Of a stretch of 49,892 nt of DNA, positions 34,901 to 49,382 are shown piece by piece. The notes under the pieces were generated by a model. That model made no database searches and had not been told where the DNA came from. It saw nothing but the letters and a program-made list of their open reading frames with translations. The position numbers and the translations under genes were made by a program. Positions within the stretch are counted from its first letter, which is position 1; each line of letters starts with the position of its first letter. This DNA is from Nemertoderma westbladi (lineage: Eukaryota; Animalia; Xenacoelomorpha): contig JAUCBJ010003190.1 in the NCBI GenBank assembly GCA_032718475.1, forward strand, positions 1 to 49,892, read 5' to 3'.

Positions 34901-37900
34901 AACTACAAATGTGTATGCTAGAACATACTAACTAGTACTAACTAGTAACTACAAATGTGTATGCTAGAACATACTAACTAGTACTAACTAGTAACTACAA
35001 ATGTGTATGCTAGAGCATACTAACTAGTACTAACTAGTAACTACAAATGTGTATGCTAGAACATACTAACTAGTACTAACTATTAACTACAAATGTGTAT
35101 GTTAGAACATACTAACTAGTAATTACAAATGTGTATGCTAGAGCATACTAACTAGTACTAACAAGTAACTACAAATGTGTATGCTAGAACATACTAACTA
35201 GTACTAACTAGTAACTACAAATGTGTATGCTAGAACATACTAACTAGTAACTTACAAATGTGTATGCTAGAGCATACTAACTAGTACTAACAAGTAACTA
35301 CAAATGTGTATGCTAGAACATACTAACTAGTACTAACTAGTAACTACAAATGTGTATGCTAGAACATACTAACTAGTACTAACTAGTAACTACAAATGTG
35401 TATGCTAGAACATACTAACTAGTAATTACAAATGTGTATGCTAGAGCATACTAACTAGTACTAACAAGTAACTACAAATGTGTATGCTAGAACATACTAA
35501 CTAGTACTAACTAGTAACTACAAATGTGTATGCTAGAACATACTAACTAGTACTAACTAGTAACTACAAATGTGTATGCTAGAACATACTAACTAGTACT
35601 AACTAGTAACTACAAATGTGTATGCTAGAACATACTAACTAGTACTAACTAGTAACTACAAATGTGTATGCTAGAACATACTAACTAGTACTAACTAGTA
35701 ACTACAAATGTGTATGCTAGAACATACTAACTAGTACTAACTAGTAACTACAAATGTGTATGCTAGAACATACTAACTAGTACTAACTAGTAACTACAAA
35801 TGTGTATGCTAGAACATACTAACTAGTACTAACTAGTAACTACAAATGTGTATGCTAGAACATACTAACTAGTACTAACTAGTAACTACAAATGTGTATG
35901 CTAGAACATACTAACTAGTAACTACAAATGTGTATGCTAGAGCATACTAACTAGTACTAACTAGTAACTACAAATGTGTATGCTAGAACATACTAACTAG
36001 TACTAACTAGTAACTACAAATGTGTATGCTAGAACATACTAACTAGTACTAACTAGTAACTACAAATGTGTATGCTAGAACATACTAACTAGTAATTACA
36101 AATGTGTATGCTAGAGCATACTAACTAGTACTAACTAGTAACTACAAATGTGTATGCTAGAACATACTAACTAGTACTAACTAGTAACTACAAATGTGTA
36201 TGCTAGAACATACTAACTAGTACTAACTAGTAACTACAAATGTGTATGCTAGAGCATACTAACTAGTACTAACTAGTAACTACAAATGTGTATGCTAGAA
36301 CATACTAACTAGTACTAACTATTAACTACAAATGTGTATGTTAGAACATACTAACTAGTAATTACAAATGTGTATGCTAGAGCATACTAACTAGTACTAA
36401 CAAGTAACTACAAATGTGTATGCTAGAACATACTAACTAGTACTAACTAGTAACTACAAATGTGTATGCTAGAACATACTAACTAGTAATTACAAATGTG
36501 TATGCTAGAGCATACTAACTAGTACTAACAAGTAACTACAAATGTGTATGCTAGAACATACTAACTAGTACTAACTAGTAACTACAAATGTGTATGCTAG
36601 AACATACTAACTAGTACTAACTATTAACTACAAATGTGTATGTTAGAACATACTAACTAGTAACTACAAATGTGTATGCTAGAACATACTAACTAGTACT
36701 AACTAGTAACTACAAATGTGTATGCTAGAACATACTAACTAGTACTAACTAGTAACTACAAATGTGTATGCTAGAGCATACTAACTAGTACTAACTAGTA
36801 ACTACAAATGTGTATGCTAGAACATACTAACTAGTACTAACTATTAACTACAAATGTGTATGTTAGAACATACTAACTAGTAACTACAAATGTGTATGCT
36901 AGAGCATACTAACTAGTACTAACTAGTAACTACAAATGTGTATGCTAGAACATACTAACTAGTACTAACTAGTAACTACAAATGTGTATGCTAGAACATA
37001 CTAACTAGTAATTACAAATGTGTATGCTAGAGCATACTAACTAGTACTAACAAGTAACTACAAATGTGTATGCTAGAACATACTAACTAGTACTAACTAG
37101 TAACTACAAATGTGTATGCTAGAACATACTAACTAGTACTAACTAGTAACTACAAATGTGTATGTTAGAACATACTAACTAGTAATTACAAATGTGTATG
37201 TTAGAACATACTAACTAGTAATTACAAATGTGTATGCTAGAGCATACTAACTAGTACTAACAAGTAACTACAAATGTGTATGCTAGAACATACTAACTAG
37301 TACTAACTAGTAACTACAAATGTGTATGCTAGAGCATACTAACTAGTACTAACTAGTAACTACAAATGTGTATGCTAGAACATACTAACTAGTACTAACT
37401 ATTAACTACAAATGTGTATGTTAGAACATACTAACTAGTAACTACAAATGTGTATGCTAGAACATACTAACTAGTACTAACTAGTAACTACAAATGTGTA
37501 TGCTAGAACATACTAACTAGTACTAACTAGTAACTACAAATGTGTATGCTAGAGCATACTAACTAGTACTAACTAGTAACTACAAATGTGTATGCTAGAA
37601 CATACTAACTAGTACTAACTAGTAACTACAAATGTGTATGTCTAGAACATACTAACTAGTAACTACAAATGTGTATGCTAGAACATACTAACTAGTACTA
37701 ACTAGTAACTACAAATGTGTATGCTAGAACATACTAACTAGTACTAACTAGTAACTACAAATGTGTATGCTAGAGCATACTAACTAGTACTAACTAGTAA
37801 CTACAAATGTGTATGCTAGAACATACTAACTAGTACTAACTAGTAACTACAAATGTGTATGCTAGAACATACTAACTAGTAATCTACAAATGTGTATGCT

Positions 37901-40900
37901 AGAACATACTAACTAGTACTAACTAGTAACTACAAATGTGTATGCTAGAGCATACTAACTAGTACTAACTAGTAACTACAAATGTGTATGCTAGAACATA
38001 CTAACTAGTACTAACTAGTAACTACAAATGTGTATGCTAGAACATACTAACTAGTAACTACAAATGTGTATGCTAGAACATACTAACTAGTACTAACTAG
38101 TAACTACAAATGTGTATGCTAGAACATACTAACTAGTAACTACAAATGTGTATGCTAGAACATACTAACTAGTACTAACTAGTAACTACAAATGTGTATG
38201 CTAGAACATACTAACTAGTACTAACTAGTAACTACAAATGTGTATGCTAGAGCATACTAACTAGTACTAACAAGTAACTACAAATGTGTATGCTAGAACA
38301 TACTAACTAGTACTAACTAGTAACTACAAATGTGTATGCTAGAGCATACTAACTAGTACTAACTAGTAACTACAAATGTGTATGCTAGAACATACTAACT
38401 AGTACTAACTAGTAACTACAAATGTGTATGCTAGAGCATACTAACTAGTACTAACAAGTAACTACAAATGTGTATGCTAGAACATACTAACTAGTACTAA
38501 CTAGTAACTACAAATGTGTATGCTAGAACATACTAACTAGTACTAACTAGTAACTACAAATGTGTATGCTAGAACATACTAACTAGTACTAACTAGTAAC
38601 TACAAATGTGTATGCTAGAGCATACTAACTAGTACTAACAAGTAACTACAAATGTGTATGCTAGAACATACTAACTAGTACTAACTAGTAACTACAAATG
38701 TGTATGCTAGAGCATACTAACTAGTACTAACTAGTAACTACAAATGTGTATGCTAGAACATACTAACTAGTACTAACTATTAACTACAAATGTGTATGTT
38801 AGAACATACTAACTAGTAACTACAAATGTGTATGCTAGAACATACTAACTAGTACTAACTAGTAACTACAAATGTGTATGCTAGAACATACTAACTAGTA
38901 CTAACTAGTAACTACAAATGTGTATGCTAGAGCATACTAACTAGTACTAACTAGTAACTACAAATGTGTATGCTAGAACATACTAACTAGTACTAACTAT
39001 TAACTACAAATGTGTATGTTAGAACATACTAACTAGTAACTACAAATGTGTATGCTAGAACATACTAACTAGTACTAACTAGTAACTACAAATGTGTATG
39101 CTAGAACATACTAACTAGTACTAACTAGTAACTACAAATGTGTATGCTAGAGCATACTAACTAGTACTAACTAGTAACTACAAATGTGTATGCTAGAACA
39201 TACTAACTAGTACTAACTAGTAACTACAAATGTGTATGCTAGAACATACTAACTAGTACTAACTAGTAACTACAAATGTGTATGCTAGAACATACTAACT
39301 AGTAACTACAAATGTGTATGCTAGAACATACTAACTAGTAACTACAAATGTGTATGCTAGAACATACTAACTAGTACTAACTAGTAATTACAAATGTGTA
39401 TGCTAGAGCATACTAACTAGTACTAACTAGTAATTACAAATGTGTATGCTAGAACATACTAACTAGTAATTACAAATGTGTATGCTAGAGCATACTAACT
39501 AGTACTAACTAGTAACTACAAATGTGTATGCTAGAACATACTAACTAGTACTAACTAGTAATTACAAATGTGTATGCTAGAGCATACTAACTAGTACTAA
39601 CTAGTAATTACAAATGTGTATGCTAGAACATACTAACTAGTAATTACAAATGTGTATGCTAGAACATACTAACTAGTACTAACTAGTAATTACAAATGTG
39701 TATGCTAGAGCATACTAACTAGTACTAACTAGTAATTACAAATGTGTATGCTAGAACATACTAACTAGTACTAACTAGTAATTACAAATGTGTATGCTAG
39801 AACATACTAACTAGTACTAACTAGTAACTACAAATGTGTATGCTAGAACATACTAACTAGTAACTACAAATGTGTATGCTAGAACATACTAACTAGTACT
39901 AACTAGTAATTACAAATGTGTATGCTAGAACATACTAACTAGTACTAACTAGTAACTACAAATGTGTATGCTAGAACATACTAACTAGTACTAACTAGTA
40001 ATTACAAATGTGTATGCTAGAGCATACTAACTAGTACTAACTAGTAATTACAAATGTGTATGCTAGAACATACTAACTAGTAACTACAAATGTGTATGCT
40101 AGAACATACTAACTAGTACTAACTAGTAACTACAAATGTGTATGCTAGAACATACTAACTAGTACTAACTAGTAACTACAAATGTGTATGCTAGAACATA
40201 CTAACTAGTACTAACTAGTAATTACAAATGTGTATGCTAGAACATACTAACTAGTACTAACTAGTAACTACAAATGTGTATGCTAGAACATACTAACTAG
40301 TACTAACTAGTAACTACAAATGTGTATGTTAGAACATACTAACTAGTAACTACAAATGTGTATGCTAGAACATACTAACTAGTACTAACTAGTAACTACA
40401 AATGTGTATGCTAGAACATACTAACTAGTACTAACTAGTAATTACAAATGTGTATGCTAGAGCATACTAACTAGTACTAACTAGTAATTACAAATGTGTA
40501 TGCTAGAACATACTAACTAGTAACTACAAATGTGTATGCTAGAACATACTAACTAGTACTAACTAGTAACTACAAATGTGTATGCTAGAACATACTAACT
40601 AGTACTAACTAGTAACTACAAATGTGTATGCTAGAACATACTAACTAGTACTAACTAGTAATTACAAATGTGTATGCTAGAACATACTAACTAGTACTAA
40701 CTAGTAACTACAAATGTGTATGCTAGAACATACTAACTAGTACTAACTAGTAACTACAAATGTGTATGCTAGAACATACTAACTAGTAACTACAAATGTG
40801 TATGCTAGAACATACTAACTAGTACTAACTAGTAATTACAAATGTGTATGCTAGAACATACTAACTAGTAACTACAAATGTGTATGCTAGAACATACTAA

Positions 40901-43900
40901 CTAGTACTAACTAGTAATTACAAATGTGTATGCTAGAACATACTAACTAGTACTAACTAGTAATTACAAATGTGTATGCTAGAACATACTAACTAGTACT
41001 AACTAGTAATTACAAATGTGTATGCTAGAACATACTAACTAGTACTAACTAGTAATTACAAATGTGTATGCTAGAACATACTAACTAGTACTAACTAGTA
41101 ACTACAAATGTGTATGCTAGAACATACTAACTAGTACTAACTAGTAATTACAAATGTGTATGCTAGAACATACTAACTAGTACTAACTAGTAATTACAAA
41201 TGTGTATGCTAGAACATACTAACTAGTACTAACTAGTAACTACAAATGTGTATGCTAGAACATACTAACTAGTACTAACTAGTAACTACAAATGTGTATG
41301 CTAGAACATACTAACTAGTACTAACTAGTAATTACAAATGTGTATGCTAGAACATACTAACTAGTACTAACTAGTAATTACAAATGTGTATGCTAGAACA
41401 TACTAACTAGTACTAACTAGTAACTACAAATGTGTATGCTAGAACATACTAACTAGTACTAACTAGTAACTACAAATGTGTATGCTAGAACATACTAACT
41501 AGTACTAACTAGTAATTACAAATGTGTATGCTAGAGCATACTAACTAGTACTAACTAGTAATTACAAATGTGTATGCTAGAACATACTAACTAGTAACTA
41601 CAAATGTGTATGCTAGAACATACTAACTAGTACTAACTAGTAATTACAAATGTGTATGCTAGAACATACTAACTAGTACTAACTAGTAATTACAAATGTG
41701 TATGCTAGAACATACTAACTAGTACTAACTAGTAACTACAAATGTGTATGCTAGAACATACTAACTAGTACTAACTAGTAACTACAAATGTGTATGCTAG
41801 AACATACTAACTAGTAATTACAAATGTGTATGCTAGAACATACTAACTAGTACTAACTAGTAACTACAAATGTGTATGCTAGAACATACTAACTAGTAAT
41901 TACAAATGTGTATGCTAGAACATACTAACTAGTACTAACTAGTAACTACAAATGTGTATGCTAGAACATACTAACTAGTACTAACTAGTAACTACAAATG
42001 TGTATGCTAGAACATACTAACTAGTACTAACTAGTAATTACAAATGTGTATGCTAGAACATACTAACTAGTACTAACTAGTAATTACAAATGTGTATGCT
42101 AGAACATACTAACTAGTAACTACAAATGTGTATGCTAGAACATACTAACTAGTACTAACTAGTAATTACAAATGTGTATGCTAGAACATACTAACTAGTA
42201 CTAACTAGTAATTACAAATGTGTATGCTAGAACATACTAACTAGTACTAACTAGTAACTACAAATGTGTATGCTAGAACATACTAACTAGTACTAACTAG
42301 TAACTACAAATGTGTATGCTAGAACATACTAACTAGTACTAACTAGTAACTACAAATGTGTATGCTAGAACATACTAACTAGTAATTACAAATGTGTATG
42401 CTAGAACATACTAACTAGTACTAACTAGTAACTACAAATGTGTATGCTAGAACATACTAACTAGTAATTACAAATGTGTATGCTAGAACATACTAACTAG
42501 TACTAACTAGTAACTACAAATGTGTATGCTAGAACATACTAACTAGTACTAACTAGTAACTACAAATGTGTATGCTAGAACATACTAACTAGTACTAACT
42601 AGTAACTACAAATGTGTATGCTAGAACATACTAACTAGTAATTACAAATGTGTATGCTAGAACATACTAACTAGTACTAACTAGTAACTACAAATGTGTA
42701 TGCTAGAACATACTAACTAGTAATTACAAATGTGTATGCTAGAACATACTAACTAGTACTAACTAGTAACTACAAATGTGTATGCTAGAACATACTAACT
42801 AGTACTAACTAGTAACTACAAATGTGTATGCTAGAACATACTAACTAGTACTAACTAGTAATTACAAATGTGTATGCTAGAACATACTAACTAGTACTAA
42901 CTAGTAACTACAAATGTGTATGCTAGAACATACTAACTAGTACTAACTAGTAACTACAAATGTGTATGCTAGAACATACTAACTAGTACTAACTAGTAAC
43001 TACAAATGTGTATGCTAGAACATACTAACTAGTAATTACAAATGTGTATGCTAGAACATACTAACTAGTACTAACTAGTAACTACAAATGTGTATGCTAG
43101 AACATACTAACTAGTAATTACAAATGTGTATGCTAGAACATACTAACTAGTACTAACTAGTAACTACAAATGTGTATGCTAGAACATACTAACTAGTACT
43201 AACTAGTAACTACAAATGTGTATGCTAGAACATACTAACTAGTACTAACTAGTAATTACAAATGTGTATGCTAGAGCATACTAACTAGTACTAACTAGTA
43301 ATTACAAATGTGTATGCTAGAACATACTAACTAGTAACTACAAATGTGTATGCTAGAACATACTAACTAGTACTAACTAGTAATTACAAATGTGTATGCT
43401 AGAACATACTAACTAGTACTAACTAGTAACTACAAATGTGTATGCTAGAACATACTAACTAGTAATTACAAATGTGTATGCTAGAACATACTAACTAGTA
43501 CTAACTAGTAATTACAAATGTGTATGCTAGAACATACTAACTAGTACTAACTAGTAATTACAAATGTGTATGCTAGAACATACTAACTAGTACTAACTAG
43601 TAACTACAAATGTGTATGCTAGAACATACTAACTAGTACTAACTAGTAACTACAAATGTGTATGCTAGAACATACTAACTAGTAATTACAAATGTGTATG
43701 CTAGAGCATACTAACTAGTACTAACAAGTAACTACAAATGTGTATGCTAGAACATACTAACTAGTACTAACTAGTAATTACAAATGTGTATGCTAGAACA
43801 TACTAACTAGTACTAACTAGTAATTACAAATGTGTATGCTAGAACATACTAACTAGTACTAACTAGTAACTACAAATGTGTATGCTAGAACATACTAACT

Positions 43901-46900
43901 AGTACTAACTAGTAACTACAAATGTGTATGCTAGAACATACTAACTAGTACTAACTAGTAATTACAAATGTGTATGCTAGAGCATACTAACTAGTACTAA
44001 CTAGTAATTACAAATGTGTATGCTAGAACATACTAACTAGTACTAACTAGTAACTACAAATGTGTATGCTAGAACATACTAACTAGTACTAACTAGTAAC
44101 TACAAATGTGTATGCTAGAACATACTAACTAGTACTAACTAGTAATTACAAATGTGTATGCTAGAGCATACTAACTAGTACTAACTAGTAATTACAAATG
44201 TGTATGCTAGAACATACTAACTAGTAACTACAAATGTGTATGCTAGAACATACTAACTAGTACTAACTAGTAATTACAAATGTGTATGCTAGAACATACT
44301 AACTAGTACTAACTAGTAATTACAAATGTGTATGCTAGAACATACTAACTAGTACTAACTAGTAACTACAAATGTGTATGCTAGAACATACTAACTAGTA
44401 CTAACTAGTAACTACAAATGTGTATGCTAGAACATACTAACTAGTAATTACAAATGTGTATGCTAGAGCATACTAACTAGTACTAACAAGTAACTACAAA
44501 TGTGTATGCTAGAACATACTAACTAGTACTAACTAGTAACTACAAATGTGTATGCTAGAACATACTAACTAGTACTAACTAGTAACTACAAATGTGTATG
44601 CTAGAACATACTAACTAGTAACTACAAATGTGTATGCTAGAACATACTAACTAGTAACTACAAATGTGTATGCTAGAACATACTAACTAGTACTAACTAG
44701 TAATTACAAATGTGTATGCTAGAGCATACTAACTAGTACTAACTAGTAATTACAAATGTGTATGCTAGAACATACTAACTAGTAATTACAAATGTGTATG
44801 CTAGAGCATACTAACTAGTACTAACTAGTAATTACAAATGTGTATGCTAGAACATACTAACTAGTACTAACTAGTAATTACAAATGTGTATGCTAGAACA
44901 TACTAACTAGTACTAACTAGTAACTACAAATGTGTATGCTAGAACATACTAACTAGTACTAACTAGTAACTACAAATGTGTATGCTAGAACATACTAACT
45001 AGTAATTACAAATGTGTATGCTAGAGCATACTAACTAGTACTAACAAGTAACTACAAATGTGTATGCTAGAGCATACTAACTAGTACTAACAAGTAACTA
45101 CAAATGTGTATGCTAGAACATACTAACTAGTACTAACTAGTAATTACAAATGTGTATGCTAGAGCATACTAACTAGTACTAACTAGTAACTACAAATGTG
45201 TATGCTAGAACATACTAACTAGTACTAACTAGTAATTACAAATGTGTATGCTAGAGCATACTAACTAGTACTAACTAGTAACTACAAATGTGTATGCTAG
45301 AACATACTAACTAGTACTAACTAGTAACTACAAATGTGTATGCTAGAACATACTAACTAGTACTAACTAGTAACTACAAATGTGTATGCTAGAACATACT
45401 AACTAGTACTAACTAGTAACTACAAATGTGTATGCTAGAACATACTAACTAGTAATTACAAATGTGTATGCTAGAGCATACTAACTAGTACTAACAAGTA
45501 ACTACAAATGTGTATGCTAGAACATACTAACTAGTACTAACTAGTAACTACAAATGTGTATGCTAGAACATACTAACTAGTACTAACTAGTAACTACAAA
45601 TGTGTATGCTAGAACATACTAACTAGTAACTACAAATGTGTATGCTAGAACATACTAACTAGTAACTACAAATGTGTATGCTAGAACATACTAACTAGTA
45701 CTAACTAGTAATTACAAATGTGTATGCTAGAGCATACTAACTAGTACTAACTAGTAATTACAAATGTGTATGCTAGAACATACTAACTAGTAATTACAAA
45801 TGTGTATGCTAGAGCATACTAACTAGTACTAACTAGTAATTACAAATGTGTATGCTAGAACATACTAACTAGTACTAACTAGTAATTACAAATGTGTATG
45901 CTAGAACATACTAACTAGTACTAACTAGTAACTACAAATGTGTATGCTAGAACATACTAACTAGTACTAACTAGTAACTACAAATGTGTATGCTAGAACA
46001 TACTAACTAGTAATTACAAATGTGTATGCTAGAGCATACTAACTAGTACTAACAAGTAACTACAAATGTGTATGCTAGAGCATACTAACTAGTACTAACA
46101 AGTAACTACAAATGTGTATGCTAGAACATACTAACTAGTACTAACTAGTAATTACAAATGTGTATGCTAGAGCATACTAACTAGTACTAACTAGTAACTA
46201 CAAATGTGTATGCTAGAACATACTAACTAGTACTAACTAGTAACTACAAATGTGTATGCTAGAACATACTAACTAGTAACTACAAATGTGTATGCTAGAA
46301 CATACTAACTAGTAACTACAAATGTGTATGCTAGAACATACTAACTAGTACTAACTATTAACTACAAATGTGTATGTTAGAACATACTAACTAGTAACTA
46401 CAAATGTGTATGTTAGAACATACTAACTAGTAACTACAAATGTGTATGCTAGAACATACTAACTAGTACTAAGTAGTAACTACAAATGTGTATGCTAGAA
46501 CATACTAACTAGTACTCTAACTAGTAACTACAAATGTGTATGCTAGAACATACTAACTAGTAATTACAAATGTGTATGCTAGAGCATACTAACTAGTACT
46601 AACTAGTAATTACAAATGTGTATGCTAGAACATACTAACTAGTAATTACAAATGTGTATGCTAGAGCATACTAACTAGTACTAACTAGTAATTACAAATG
46701 TGTATGCTAGAGCATACTAACTAGTACTAACTAGTAACTACAAATGTGTATGCTAGAACATACTAACTAGTAATTACAAATGTGTATGCTAGAACATACT
46801 AACTAGTACTAAGTAGTAACTACAAATGTGTATGCTAGAACATACTAACTAGTACTCTAACTAGTAACTACAAATGTGTATGCTAGAACATACTAACTAG

Positions 46901-49382
46901 TAATTACAAATGTGTATGCTAGAGCATACTAACTAGTACTAACTAGTAATTACAAATGTGTATGCTAGAACATACTAACTAGTAATTACAAATGTGTATG
47001 CTAGAGCATACTAACTAGTACTAACTAGTAATTACAAATGTGTATGCTAGAGCATACTAACTAGTACTAACTAGTAACTACAAATGTGTATGCTAGAACA
47101 TACTAACTAGTAATTACAAATGTGTATGCTAGAACATACTAACTAGTACTAACAAGTAACTACAAATGTGTATGCTAGAACATACTAACTAGTACTAACT
47201 AGTAACTACAAATGTGTATGCTAGAACATACTAACTAGTAATTACAAATGTGTATGCTAGAACATACTAACTAGTACTAACTAGTAACTACAAATGTGTA
47301 TGCTAGAGCATACTAACTAGTACTAACTAGTAACTACAAATGTGTATGCTAGAACATACTAACTAGTACTAACTATTAACTACAAATGTGTATGTTAGAA
47401 CATACTAACTAGTAACTACAAATGTGTATGCTAGAACATACTAACTAGTACTAACTAGTAATTACAAATGTGTATGCTAGAACATACTAACTAGTACTAA
47501 CTAGTAACTACAAATGTGTATGCTAGAACATACTAACTAGTAATTACAAATGTGTATGCTAGAGCATACTAACTAGTACTAACTAGTAATTACAAATGTG
47601 TATGCTAGAACATACTAACTAGTAACTACAAATGTGTATGCTAGAACATACTAACTAGTAACTACAAATGTGTATGCTAGAACATACTAACTAGTACTAA
47701 CTAGTAATTACAAATGTGTATGCTAGAGCATACTAACTAGTACTAACTAGTAACTACAAATGTGTATGCTAGAACATACTAACTAGTAATTACAAATGTG
47801 TATGCTAGAACATACTAACTAGTACTAAGTAGTAACTACAAATGTGTATGCTAGAACATACTAACTAGTACTCTAACTAGTAACTACAAATGTGTATGCT
47901 AGAACATACTAACTAGTAATTACAAATGTGTATGCTAGAGCATACTAACTAGTACTAACTAGTAATTACAAATGTGTATGCTAGAACATACTAACTAGTA
48001 ATTACAAATGTGTATGCTAGAGCATACTAACTAGTACTAACTAGTAATTACAAATGTGTATGCTAGAGCATACTAACTAGTACTAACTAGTAACTACAAA
48101 TGTGTATGCTAGAACATACTAACTAGTAATTACAAATGTGTATGCTAGAACATACTAACTAGTACTAACAAGTAACTACAAATGTGTATGCTAGAACATA
48201 CTAACTAGTACTAACTAGTAACTACAAATGTGTATGCTAGAGCATACTAACTAGTACTAACTAGTAACTACAAATGTGTATGCTAGAACATACTAACTAG
48301 TACTAACTATTAACTACAAATGTGTATGTTAGAACATACTAACTAGTAACTACAAATGTGTATGCTAGAACATACTAACTAGTACTAACTAGTAATTACA
48401 AATGTGTATGCTAGAACATACTAACTAGTACTAACTAGTAACTACAAATGTGTATGCTAGAGCATACTAACTAGTACTAACTAGTAACTACAAATGTGTA
48501 TGCTAGAACATACTAACTAGTACTAACTAGTAACTACAAATGTGTATGCTAGAGCATACTAACTAGTACTAACTAGTAACTACAAATGTGTATGCTAGAA
48601 CATACTAACTAGTAACTACAAATGTGTATGCTAGAACATACTAACTAGTACTAACTAGTAACTACAAATGTGTATGCTAGAACATACTAACTAGTAATTA
48701 CAAATGTGTATGCTAGAACATACTAACTAGTACTAACTAGTAACTACAAATGTGTATGCTAGAACATACTAACTAGTAATTACAAATGTGTATGCTAGAG
48801 CATACTAACTAGTACTAACTAGTAATTACAAATGTGTATGCTAGAACATACTAACTAGTAACTACAAATGTGTATGCTAGAACATACTAACTAGTACTAA
48901 CTAGTAACTACAAATGTGTATGCTAGAACATACTAACTAGTAATTACAAATGTGTATGCTAGAACATACTAACTAGTACTAACTAGTAACTACAAATGTG
49001 TATGCTAGAACATACTAACTAGTAATTACAAATGTGTATGCTAGAGCATACTAACTAGTACTAACTAGTAATTACAAATGTGTATGCTAGAACATACTAA
49101 CTAGTACTAACTAGTAACTACAAATGTGTATGCTAGAACATACTAACTAGTAATTACAAATGTGTATGCTAGAGCATACTAACTAGTACTAACTAGTAAT
49201 TACAAATGTGTATGCTAGAACATACTAACTAGTACTAACTAGTAACTACAAATGTGTATGCTAGAACATACTAACTAGTACTAACTAGTAACTACAAATG
49301 TGTATGCTAGAACATACTAACTAGTAACTACAAATGTGTATGCTAGAACATACTAACTAGTACTAACTAGTAACTACAAATG
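19906..49382. repeat. ~29.5-kb tandem satellite; monomer TGTGTATGCTAGAACATACTAACTAG[TACTAACTAG]TAACTACAAA (36 or 46 bp), roughly 650-750 copies
   Basis: Directly visible head-to-tail array with no inversion or foreign insertion seen. Unique sequence flanks both ends. No ORFs and no CpG in the consensus. Confidence 0.99.

Noticed and set aside
19906-49382. CRISPR array
   Set aside because: No unique spacers, no cas genes, and a eukaryotic context.
19906-49382. Telomeric repeat
   Set aside because: Unique sequence on both sides and no G-run strand; the TTAGT resemblance to TTAGG is superficial.
19906-49382. Repetitive protein-coding sequence
   Set aside because: Dense TAA/TAG codons, no ORF in the track, and 46 bp is not a multiple of 3.
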